Below are positions 1 to 7,606 of a DNA stretch of 11,631 bases, piece after piece. The notes beneath the pieces are model-generated. The model ran no database searches. It saw only the letters and a list, made by a program, of their open reading frames with translations, and had not been told where the DNA came from. Every line of letters starts with the position of its first letter. Position 1 is the first letter of the stretch. The DNA lies in contig JANOSY010000060.1 of NCBI GenBank assembly GCA_031416075.1, forward strand, positions 1 through 11,631, given 5' to 3'. The position numbers and the translations under genes are program-made. Source of the DNA: Candidatus Tenderia sp. Lineage in GTDB: Bacteria > Pseudomonadota > Gammaproteobacteria > Tenderiales > Tenderiaceae.

Positions 1-168
1 AATGAAAACTGCAACGGGTTGATACGCCAATACCTACCCAAAGGAACATCAATGGCATCGCTCACCCAACAACAATGCGATGCCATTGCCATTGCCAACA
101 AACTGAATGCTCGGCCACGCAAGCGCCACAACTATAAAACACCAGAGGAATTATTTTATGCAAACTAA
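1..168 (+). mobile_element. IS30-family transposase, C-terminal fragment (5' part outside window)
   Basis: Frame +1 reads NENCNGLIRQYLPKGTSMASLTQQQCDAIAIANKLNARPRKRHNYKTPEELFYAN*, stop TAA at 166-168. This matches the IS30 C-terminal signature NENxNGLxRQYxPKG...LNxRPRK...KTPxE. Not in the ORF track. Confidence 0.93.
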
Positions 169-173
169 TGTCT

Positions 174-201
174 ATTGTCGCACTTTAAACTTGATACCAA
201 G
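174..201 (+). repeat. Probable right terminal inverted repeat of the IS30-family element
   Basis: ATTGTCGCACTTTAAACTTGATACCAAG just after the transposase stop resembles the GTTGCACTT-n-TTGA right ends of IS30-family elements. The exact end is uncertain and the left IR is outside the window. Confidence 0.65.
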
Positions 202-362
202 CTTGGGAAGAGCGAAGAAAAGGGTTCACAGAACAAGATGCACCCGTCCAACCAAACCTTGAGTAAAGTTATAGAGTTGCCAACGAAAGGTTGTTGCGGG
301 GACGAAGCCAGGCGCCCCATTCGAAGGCTAGGCGAGGCTTAACCGCCGATGATCTTATCAGA

Positions 363-980
363 CTAACGAAGCTCAACCACCATATCAATTTCGACAGCAA
401 TATTGAATGGCAGAGAAACCATTCCCACAGCTGAGCGTGCATGCTTGCCACACTCACCAAATACGTCTACGAGCAGGTTCGAGCCACCGTTGATTACTCT
501 TGGATGATCCGTGAAATCAGGATCGGAATTCACCATACCAAAAACTTTCACAATACGTTTTACTTTCTTGAGCTCGCCGAGTTCTGCCTTCAGTACCGCC
601 AATTGATTGATCATCGTCACCCGGGCCGCCTGGTAGCCCACATCGACGGTAAGCTGGCCTGGTTTCGAACCCAGCTTACCTGTGATGAATGATCCATTTA
701 CCAAGCGTGGACCATTGCCGGACAGATACATGAGCTTGCCAACTCGCACGGCGGGTACAAAGTTGGCGATAGGCTGAGGGGGCGGTGTTAACACAATACC
801 GAGCGCTTCAAGATTTGCATCGGGATCAACCTGTGGGCAGCCCTGGGGATTGGTACTGCTCGCCTCCATTGGAATTTCCGCCACGGCATGTTGTGTGGGC
901 AACAGCATTGCTCCGCATCCAACAGCGAATGAGAGCGAGGTAACAAAAATGCGGCTGGTAAACACCTTTGAATATTTCAT
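363..980 (-). CDS. RidA/YjgF/YER057c/UK114 family protein (Rid1-like) with N-terminal signal-peptide-like extension
   Basis: Motifs LEALGIVL, LMYLSGNGP, RIVKVFGMVNSDPDFTDHPRVINGGSNLL and HARSAVGMVSLPFNIAVEID; conserved Arg (R182) retained. The N-terminus has basic residues, a hydrophobic stretch and AVA|E at residues 32-35. Confidence 0.92.
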   Translation of the reverse strand: MKYSKVFTSRIFVTSLSFAVGCGAMLLPTQHAVAEIPMEASSTNPQGCPQVDPDANLEALGIVLTPPPQPIANFVPAVRVGKLMYLSGNGPRLVNGSFITGKLGSKPGQLTVDVGYQAARVTMINQLAVLKAELGELKKVKRIVKVFGMVNSDPDFTDHPRVINGGSNLLVDVFGECGKHARSAVGMVSLPFNIAVEIDMVVELR

Positions 981-1001
981 GATTATCTTGTCTCTTTAAA
1001 A

Positions 1002-1044
1002 GATTTAAGGGGTCGATTTAAGGGGGCAGAGTCGAATGGCACTT
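1002..1044. repeat. Tandem 13-bp direct repeat GATTTAAGGGG(T/G)C x2 followed by AGAGTCGAATGGCACTT
   Basis: GATTTAAGGGGTC (1002-1014) and GATTTAAGGGGGC (1015-1027) seen directly. Degenerate 10-bp copies lie at 1063-1072 and 1073-1082. Confidence 0.6.
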
Positions 1045-1145
1045 ATTTATCCCCAACCATATGATTTAAAAGGATTAAAAAGGCTGGTCCAAGGTGATAA
1101 GGTGTGAGCTGCGAAACAAACGCCCATCACCAAGGAACCAGGTCC

Positions 1146-1176
1146 GTAGGGCGTAATAAGCAAAGCGCATTACGCC
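1146..1176 (+). repeat. GTAG-family REP element (single copy)
   Basis: GTAG tag (1146-1149) followed by palindrome GGCGTAAT (1150-1157) AAGCAAAGCGC ATTACGCC (1169-1176); intergenic, downstream of the ABC permease. Confidence 0.75.
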
Positions 1177-1226
1177 GAATGGATAAAGTAACGCTGCTCT
1201 CCACATTGAGCAATGTTTGTCTGTCG

Positions 1227-2432
1227 TTATCTGCGCGACAACGCCTGCACCGGATCAAGCCGCGCCGCGCGTCGTGCTGGCATTAGGCCAAAGATCAGCC
1301 CTGTGACCAGTGCCACTATCAGGCTGCCAATGATTGCCCATGTTGGCGCGGCGATGGGGAAGGTGGGGAAGGCGTGGCCTAGTGCGGTGGTGCCGGCCAT
1401 GCCTACGGCCAATCCTGTCAGGCCACCGAGCAGGGAGAGTAACCCGGCTTCCGTGAGGAACAGCATCTCAATTTCACGATGGTTGGCCCCGAGTGCCTTG
1501 AGCAGGCCGATCTCTGCGGTGCGTTGGGTGATGGAGACGAGCATGACATTCATGATCAGGATGCCTGCCACCGCCAGGCTGACGGCGGCGATGCCGGCGA
1601 CTCCAAAGGTGAGGGCGGTGAAGATGCGGTCGAAGGTGGTGAGTACGGCATCTTGAGTGATGACGGTGACATCATCTTCGCCATCATGGCGCGACTGGAT
1701 GATGTTGCGGATGGCGGTTTGGGCCTTGGGGATGGCGTCACGGTCGCGGGCCTGTACCAGGATGCGGAACAGGGATTCGGTATTGAAGAGTGCCTGGGCG
1801 GAGGCGACGGGGATCACCACGATCTCGCCCATGTCGGTGCCGAGTGATTCCCCTTGTGGTGCCAGTACGCCAATCACACGGAAGCGGCTGGTACCGATGC
1901 GGATCCACTGCCCCAGCGCCTGTTGATGGCCAAACAGCTCCCGTCTTAAGGTGTGGCCGAGTACCGAGACGGCGGTGCCGCGCTCCAGGTCGCCAGCGGG
2001 CAGAAAGCTCCCCTCGGCAATCTTCATGTCTCGCACTGGCTGCATCTCGCTGGTGGTGCCAAAGACCATCACTTCCCGTTCCCGCTGCTGCCAGGAGACC
2101 GATGCCGCCCCGATGACCAGCGGTGCAATCCGTTTGACGGCGTAACTTTGCAGTAGTGCTTCGGCATCGGCCAAGGTGAGGTCGCGGGGTGTCTGGCCCA
2201 GCAGAGGTGGCGCGCCGCCGGTGGTTTCGTTGCGCCCCGGCAGTACGATGATCATGTGGCTGCCGAGGGCGCTGAACTGATTGAGTACATAGTGCCGTGC
2301 CCCTTCGCCCAGGGCGGTCAGCACAATGACCGAGCCGGTGCCCACGGCCATCGCCAGTAACATTAGCAGGGTGCGGCTGCGGTGGCTGGTGATGGCCTTG
2401 AGTGCGTAGCGGAAGGTATCAGTGGTTTTCAT
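1227..2432 (-). CDS. ABC transporter permease, MacB/FtsX family
   Basis: N-terminal RTLLMLLAMAVGTGSVIVLTALGEG, large periplasmic domain, C-terminal GIAAVSLAVAGILIMNVMLVSITQRTAEIGLLKALGA and PARRAARLDPVQAL. Start taken at ATG 2432 (MKTTD); the GTG at 2447 is an alternative. Confidence 0.95.
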   Translation of the reverse strand: MKTTDTFRYALKAITSHRSRTLLMLLAMAVGTGSVIVLTALGEGARHYVLNQFSALGSHMIIVLPGRNETTGGAPPLLGQTPRDLTLADAEALLQSYAVKRIAPLVIGAASVSWQQREREVMVFGTTSEMQPVRDMKIAEGSFLPAGDLERGTAVSVLGHTLRRELFGHQQALGQWIRIGTSRFRVIGVLAPQGESLGTDMGEIVVIPVASAQALFNTESLFRILVQARDRDAIPKAQTAIRNIIQSRHDGEDDVTVITQDAVLTTFDRIFTALTFGVAGIAAVSLAVAGILIMNVMLVSITQRTAEIGLLKALGANHREIEMLFLTEAGLLSLLGGLTGLAVGMAGTTALGHAFPTFPIAAPTWAIIGSLIVALVTGLIFGLMPARRAARLDPVQALSRR

Positions 2433-2501
2433 GGGTGTGGACCACACCGTTCCCTTTTCAGGGTGTGGCTGGCAATGTTCTGGAATGGTTTGCCCGGCAC
2501 C

Positions 2502-3224
2502 CTACTTCTCCTTCAGCAGGGGGGTGTTGTCTGTCTGTGGTGGGGATGAGGCTGTGCGTTTGTCCCCCACAATCCGTCCATCTTCCATGTGGATCTGGCG
2601 CTGCGCCCGCTGCCCCAGTAGTGGGTCGTGGGTGACGATGATGAGGGTGATGCCCTGTTGTTGTAGCCGTTCCAACGCCTCGATCACTTCGTTGCCGGAG
2701 GCACGGTCGAGGTTGCCGGTGGGTTCGTCCGCCAGTACCAGTTGTGGTGCGTTGATCATGGCGCGGGCGATGGCAACACGCTGGCGCTGGCCGCCAGATA
2801 GCTGATCCGGGCGGTGATGGCCACGGTCGCTAAGCCCCAGCATCTGCAGGGCGTGTTTGACCTTTGTCTGTCGTTCCGTCGGTGCAATACCCGCCAGGGT
2901 GAGGGGCAGGGCGATGTTGTCCGCTGCCGAGAGGCGTGGAATCAGGTGGAACGATTGAAAGACAAAGCCGATATGTTCGCGCCGCAGTCGTGCCTGCTCA
3001 CTCTCATTCAGGCTGTTGATGGGGCTGTTGTTGAGCAGGTACTCGCCGCTGTCGGGACGGTCGAGCAGGCCGAGCATGTTGAGCAGTGTTGATTTGCCCG
3101 AACCGGACGGCCCCATGATGGAGAGGTACTCGCCCTGCTGGATGGTGAGGTTGATCTCGCGCAGGGCGTGTACGGTGGTATCACCAATCTTGAAGTGGCG
3201 ACAGAGGTTACGCAGTTCGATCAT
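2502..3224 (-). CDS. ABC transporter ATP-binding protein (LolD/MacB-type)
   Basis: Walker A GPSGSGKS, Q-loop GFVFQ, signature LSGGQRQR, Walker B LVLADEPTGNLD, H-loop IVTHD. ATGA overlap with the upstream adaptor gene. Confidence 0.97.
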   Translation of the reverse strand: MIELRNLCRHFKIGDTTVHALREINLTIQQGEYLSIMGPSGSGKSTLLNMLGLLDRPDSGEYLLNNSPINSLNESEQARLRREHIGFVFQSFHLIPRLSAADNIALPLTLAGIAPTERQTKVKHALQMLGLSDRGHHRPDQLSGGQRQRVAIARAMINAPQLVLADEPTGNLDRASGNEVIEALERLQQQGITLIIVTHDPLLGQRAQRQIHMEDGRIVGDKRTASSPPQTDNTPLLKEK

Positions 3225-4363
3225 GGCGCGCTACTTTCCAGGGTAACAGTAGCACCGTCAACCACACCGGCACGGTCGAGGGAGGTGATCACCTGTTCAC
3301 CCTCAACCAGGCCGGAGAGCACTTCGGTGTAGTCCCAGTTTTTAATGCCGGTGGTGATGGCCCGTTTTTCCACCGTGCCGTTGACGTAGAGCAGTACGGC
3401 TGGCCCCTCCATCACCGTGGCGGTGGGGATGCGTAGTACTTGGGAGCGGTTTTGAAGGATGATCTCGGCATCGGCGCTGTACCCTGCCAGCAATCCTTCG
3501 GGCAGGGTTGTGAATTCAACTTCGATCTCGACGGTGCGGGCCTGCTTTTCACGGTCCAGCACGTAGTCGGCAATACGCCGCACCCGGCCGTCGAAACGCT
3601 GCTGCTTGAAGGCATCAAGGGTGATGCGGGCGGGCATCCCCTGTTTGACGGCGGCGGCGTCCAGCTCGTCGATGGGGGCGGCGATGAAGAAGCAGTGGTT
3701 ATCCACCAGATCGATGGCGGGCAGGGTGGCAATACCGGGGGGCGAGGGGGTGACATATTCGTTTAGCTCGCCGTTGATCTCCGCCACCACGCCGTCAAAG
3801 GGGGCGATCAGCAGGGTGCGGGTGAGGTTGGCCCCGGCCACCTTCATGCTCGCCTTGGCCACATTAATATTGGCTTGGGCAGCGCTGCATTCGGCCTGGG
3901 CGGCGTTGGCCTTGCTCTGTGCTTGATCAAGTTGCTGGGCAGTGACCGCGCCGGAGGGGTTGAGCTGAATCAGTCGTTTGGCTTCACGTTGGGCAATGTC
4001 GGACTGGATGCAGGTGGATTTGGACTGGGTGCGGGCGGCACGTACTTGCTGCTCTGCCAGTGCGACCTGTGCTTGCAGGTCATCATTCCAGAGGGCCAGT
4101 AACAGCTGCCCACGTTTGACCTGATCCCCCTCTTTGATTGGCAGTTGAGCGATCTGGCCACCGGTGGCGGGTGAAAGTCCGGCGCGTCGGCACGCCTTGA
4201 TGGTGCCAGCACGGGTATTGGCGACACTCGCCTCCACATCGCCACGCGCTACCGTGTGGGTGGTAATGGTGATAGGGTTGGGGCGGGAAAACTGCCAGAC
4301 GGCAGCACTGACGAGTAGCAGAATGGCTGCAATTACTACTATTTTCTTTAGGGATTTAGTCAC
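3221..4363 (-). CDS. Efflux periplasmic adaptor / membrane fusion protein (MacA/HlyD family)
   Basis: N-terminal membrane anchor, lipoyl half-motifs GGQIAQLPIKEGDQVKRGQLL and IAPFDGVV, coiled-coil hairpin, C-terminal EVLSGLVEGEQVI. GTG at 4363 is preferred because GAGG lies 5 nt upstream; the ORF track starts at 4390. Confidence 0.93.
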   Translation of the reverse strand: MTKSLKKIVVIAAILLLVSAAVWQFSRPNPITITTHTVARGDVEASVANTRAGTIKACRRAGLSPATGGQIAQLPIKEGDQVKRGQLLLALWNDDLQAQVALAEQQVRAARTQSKSTCIQSDIAQREAKRLIQLNPSGAVTAQQLDQAQSKANAAQAECSAAQANINVAKASMKVAGANLTRTLLIAPFDGVVAEINGELNEYVTPSPPGIATLPAIDLVDNHCFFIAAPIDELDAAAVKQGMPARITLDAFKQQRFDGRVRRIADYVLDREKQARTVEIEVEFTTLPEGLLAGYSADAEIILQNRSQVLRIPTATVMEGPAVLLYVNGTVEKRAITTGIKNWDYTEVLSGLVEGEQVITSLDRAGVVDGATVTLESSAP

Positions 4364-4503
4364 GGGGGCCTCGTTTTCTTGCTTGATCAACGCCGTTGCT
4401 CGTCTACAGTATGAAACGGGGGGTCATATAAACCTAATTGTAATGAAAACTTAGGTAAAATTGCCGTTATGCTCAATAACAGATGACAACAGGGATAATA
4501 ATG

Positions 4504-4755
4504 ATGAAATGTGCGGTATATCGGAGTAACAAAAAAGAGCTGACCTATCTCTATCTGCCGGAAGCGGATGATATGTCAAAGGTGCCGGAGGCGCTGTTGA
4601 AGATGATTTCACCGGTGGAGCGGGTACTGGAGTTTGAACTGACCGTTGACCGTAAACTGTCCCAGGAAAACGCCACTGACGTATTGGCGCAGTTGAATGA
4701 GCAGGGGTGGTTTTTACAGATGCCCCGCGATATTAATGTCATATTCCAATCCTGA
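4504..4755 (+). CDS. ycgL: YcgL domain protein
   Basis: MKCAVYRSNKKELTYLYL...VPEALLK...RKLSQENATDVLAQLNEQGWFLQMP matches YcgL. Start 4501 or 4504, with an AGGGA RBS-like site just upstream. Confidence 0.92.
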   Translation: MKCAVYRSNKKELTYLYLPEADDMSKVPEALLKMISPVERVLEFELTVDRKLSQENATDVLAQLNEQGWFLQMPRDINVIFQS

Positions 4756-4783
4756 TTTTTTAATCTGAACAGGTCCTGAGCAA

Positions 4784-4805
4784 TGCTGGGCATTCTTGCC
4801 CAGCA
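4784..4805. terminator. Hairpin between convergent ycgL and tonB; possible terminator
   Basis: Perfect 9-bp stem TGCTGGGCA-TTCT-TGCCCAGCA; U-tracts are weak. Confidence 0.55.
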
Positions 4806-4818
4806 GGTTGTGTGTGGT

Positions 4819-5541
4819 TTAACTGTCGCTGAGGCGGTAGATCACCGGCAGTTGCAGCTCAAGGTTCTGGCCGCCAAGCCACTGTTGTGCGCCACTGACA
4901 TTGCCTATGCGGGTGAGGGTGGCGATGGCATTGTTGTCGAGCAGCGCGTAACCTGAGCTTTGTGCCAGGGTGATGCGACTGATTCGGCCATCGATCTCAA
5001 TCAGTAATTCAAGCAGTACTGTGCCCTCCCAGTTGCGTTGCCGTGCCTGACGTGGATATTTGAAGTGGCGGCTGATGTCGGCGTTGATGTTATCCCGTAT
5101 CTGGCCCTGCCAATGGTCGGGGGACATTGGTTTGGCGGCGGATGATGGCTGGGTTCCCCCCTGTTCGATGGGGTGTGTGGCTAGGTTCTGGGTGGGTACT
5201 GGGGTTGCTACGGTCTTGGCCTGGCTGATGGCGGCCGGTGCGGTGATTGCTGCGGTGGCGGGTGTTGCGACTGGAACAGCGGCCGCAACAGTGTGGGTTG
5301 CGGCAGGTTGCGGCTGCGCCTGTGGTGCGGGGGCGCGCATTGCCAATGGGGTGGCGGGGATCGGTTTGGGGGAGGGGGTCGGTGGCAGCAGCTCTACCAC
5401 GAGTGGTCTGGCAGCGGGTTCGACAGGTCTCTCTGTACCGGTTGCCAATAGCAGCCAGTGCAGTGCCATGGAGATGACAATCACACCCCCAAGCCGCAGG
5501 GCGGGGGCTGTTGTTATGGGTGGCTGGTTGGGCAGCATCAT
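4819..5541 (-). CDS. tonB: Energy transducer TonB
   Basis: TM anchor with SMALH (SHLS-type motif), Pro/Ala-rich linker, C-terminal YPRQARQRNWEGTV...SSGYALLDNNA TonB_C domain; starts 12 bp after the receptor stop. Confidence 0.92.
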   Translation of the reverse strand: MMLPNQPPITTAPALRLGGVIVISMALHWLLLATGTERPVEPAARPLVVELLPPTPSPKPIPATPLAMRAPAPQAQPQPAATHTVAAAVPVATPATAAITAPAAISQAKTVATPVPTQNLATHPIEQGGTQPSSAAKPMSPDHWQGQIRDNINADISRHFKYPRQARQRNWEGTVLLELLIEIDGRISRITLAQSSGYALLDNNAIATLTRIGNVSGAQQWLGGQNLELQLPVIYRLSDS

Positions 5542-5553
5542 CTGGAGTTGAGT

Positions 5554-7476
5554 TTAAAACTCTGTACCGGCAGTCAGGGTGTAGCTGCGCCCTGGCAGGG
5601 GGTAGTAGCCGATGCTGCTATCCACAGGGTTGTAGCTGCCTGCGTCGACCACTGCCTTGTCGGTCAGATTGTTGATGCTGAAACGGGCGCTCCAGCGCGC
5701 TAGTTGGTAGTGGTAGCTGAGGTTGATCTGGGCATGGCTGGGCATCTGCCGGGCATTGTTGTCAACGTCGCCGCTAAAATAACGTTTGCCAGTGTAGAGC
5801 AGGTCGGCGTTGATGTTGCTGTGGTCATTGATCTCAACCATGTTCCGCAGACTGAGTATATGTTTAGCCACATCGGGTGGTGTTTTGCCCGCCCGGTTGC
5901 CAGCATCGTAGCTGGCAGCGCGCCAGCCGTAGCCGAGGTTTGCCAGCCATCCGGGGGTGAGCTGGTGGCGCAGGTTGAGGTTGAGGCCACGGTGGCGGGT
6001 GTCATCACTGTAGTTACTGTGCTGGTTGGTGGTGGGGTCGTAGACGATCTCGTTGTTCAGGCGCATTTGAAAAAGATGGATCTCAAGCTGGCTTTGCCAG
6101 TCAATGGCAACGGTGCTGCCCAGCTCGATGTGGTGGCCGGTTTGTGGTATGAGCAGCGAGATGCTGCCGTCATTGCCGTCCCACATCTCCTCCAGTACTG
6201 GAAAACGAAAGCTCTCTGCCCAGCGTATGTAGCCCTGAATGTCGCTGCTGAACCGGTGGTTGACCCCCATGTTCCAGGCGCTAACCCTCTCTTTCTGGCT
6301 CTGGTTGGTGGCTGCCAGGGTGGTGAGGTTGCTGTTATCAATCCCCAAGTTTGCCCATTGCTGGCGTAGCCCGGCACTGAGGTTGGTGCGGCTGCCGAGG
6401 GCGTAACTGTCGGTGGCATAAAGCGCATAGCTGGTGCGGGAGGTGAGGCTGCTATTGGCACTGGTGGGGCCAGTATTGGTGAAGCTATCCACGGCGCTGT
6501 AGTAGACATCCAGCCCGGCAATGACATCATGCCCACCCCCTGCCAGTGTCAGGCGCGGGGTGGCGGACCAGCTGCTCAGATCGGATTCAATGGTGCCGTT
6601 GAGGTCTGACTCCAGCCGTTTATGGCTGACACTCAGCTCACCCGCGTAGCGGTCGGCGACGAGGTAAACCTCTGCCGCATTGCGATTCTGGCTGGCCTGT
6701 TCCCGTTGGCTGGTGGCGGCGCGTGGATCCTGCCAGAAGGTTGATTCGCTCAGTGCGCCGGGCAGAGTTTGATCTTCATAGTTGCCATTAAAACGGAAGC
6801 CGTAGTCGAACTCCAGATCGCTGCGGTTCAACTCGGCAGTGATGCTCTTCTGGTCAAAGTCGTTGTCGGCGCGGTAACCATCAGAGCGCAAGCCCGTGGC
6901 GGCGATGTAGAGGTCACTGCCACTGCCGAGTGACTGGCTATGGCTGATACCTAGCTGCTGGGTTTTGTAGGAGCCGGTGCTGGCGTTGATGCGGGTACGG
7001 GGTTGGCCAAAGCCGTTTTGGGTGACGATGTTGATAGCCCCTGCGGTGGCATTGTCACCATATAGTACGGCGGCGCTGCCCTGGATGATCTCGATCCGGG
7101 CGATGCTGTTCAGTGGCAGGGTGGCAAGGTTGGCACTATTGGGGCCAATATCGTTGATGCGGCGGCCGTTGAGCAGTAGCAGTACGTTATGGCTGGCGGC
7201 TGTACCAAACCCACCCATATCGGCGCTGGATTGGGTGCCGGTGATGCCATACAGGTCGCGGATGTAGATTCCCCCCTGCAGTGCTAACAGTTGGCTGAGG
7301 GTGGTGGTGTTGCTGGCCTTGATCTGCTCGGCAGTGATCACACGGTGGTGGATGGCGGCGTTGTTGATGCTGGTTTGAAAACGGCTGGTGGCGATTTGCG
7401 TGGGGGTGCTGTGGGCAGATGATACAACCGCCAGGCCAAGGGTGACGGCTGATAGGGATAGCAGTAAACGGGACAT
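5554..7476 (-). CDS. btuB: TonB-dependent outer membrane receptor, BtuB-like (probable cobalamin/cobamide receptor), 640 aa
   Basis: Signal peptide MSRLLLSLSAVTLGLAVVSSAHS, plug motifs LLLLNGRRIN and IARIEIIQGSAAVLYGDNATAGAINIVT, C-terminal NNLTDK...PGRSYTLTAGTEF. AAGGA RBS before ATG 7476. Substrate and symbol are inferred from the upstream riboswitch. Confidence 0.85.
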   Translation of the reverse strand: MSRLLLSLSAVTLGLAVVSSAHSTPTQIATSRFQTSINNAAIHHRVITAEQIKASNTTTLSQLLALQGGIYIRDLYGITGTQSSADMGGFGTAASHNVLLLLNGRRINDIGPNSANLATLPLNSIARIEIIQGSAAVLYGDNATAGAINIVTQNGFGQPRTRINASTGSYKTQQLGISHSQSLGSGSDLYIAATGLRSDGYRADNDFDQKSITAELNRSDLEFDYGFRFNGNYEDQTLPGALSESTFWQDPRAATSQREQASQNRNAAEVYLVADRYAGELSVSHKRLESDLNGTIESDLSSWSATPRLTLAGGGHDVIAGLDVYYSAVDSFTNTGPTSANSSLTSRTSYALYATDSYALGSRTNLSAGLRQQWANLGIDNSNLTTLAATNQSQKERVSAWNMGVNHRFSSDIQGYIRWAESFRFPVLEEMWDGNDGSISLLIPQTGHHIELGSTVAIDWQSQLEIHLFQMRLNNEIVYDPTTNQHSNYSDDTRHRGLNLNLRHQLTPGWLANLGYGWRAASYDAGNRAGKTPPDVAKHILSLRNMVEINDHSNINADLLYTGKRYFSGDVDNNARQMPSHAQINLSYHYQLARWSARFSINNLTDKAVVDAGSYNPVDSSIGYYPLPGRSYTLTAGTEF

Positions 7477-7572
7477 GAACGGTACGTCCTTACTCTGACT
7501 GCCGGTACCGGCAGTGGATTGATCAAGCCGGAAGGGGCAGGGCAGGGACGGGTCAGATGAGACCGCTCTGCC

Positions 7573-7591
7573 ATGCTGCCCTCCGCAGCAT
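7573..7591 (-). promoter_or_regulatory. P13 kissing-loop hairpin of the riboswitch expression platform
   Basis: ATGCTGC-GGAGG-GCAGCAT on the minus strand. GCGG(A)GGGCAG can pair with L5-region CTGCCCCCGC with one bulged A. Confidence 0.7.
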
Positions 7592-7606
7592 AGGTAGTCA
7601 TATATA

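Noticed and set aside
278-345. Possible integron attC site beside the Rid gene
   Set aside because: No proper RYYYAAC...GTTRRRY pair with complementary L boxes, and no integrase in the window.
915-926. Lipobox (AVGC22) in the Rid protein
   Set aside because: Poor match at the -3 position, and the hydrophobic segment continues to a better AVA signal peptidase I site. Not fully excluded.
1002-1083. CRISPR-like array
   Set aside because: Repeats are only 10-13 bp, have no spacers, and no cas genes are present.
1104-1286. 60-aa plus-strand ORF
   Set aside because: It spans the REP element, overlaps the permease end and has no recognisable features.
5704-6369. 221-aa plus-strand ORF and similar antisense ORFs (e.g. 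1213-1656, 5060-5551, 2422-2805)
   Set aside because: Shadow ORFs opposite well-supported genes in GC-rich DNA, with no recognisable motifs.
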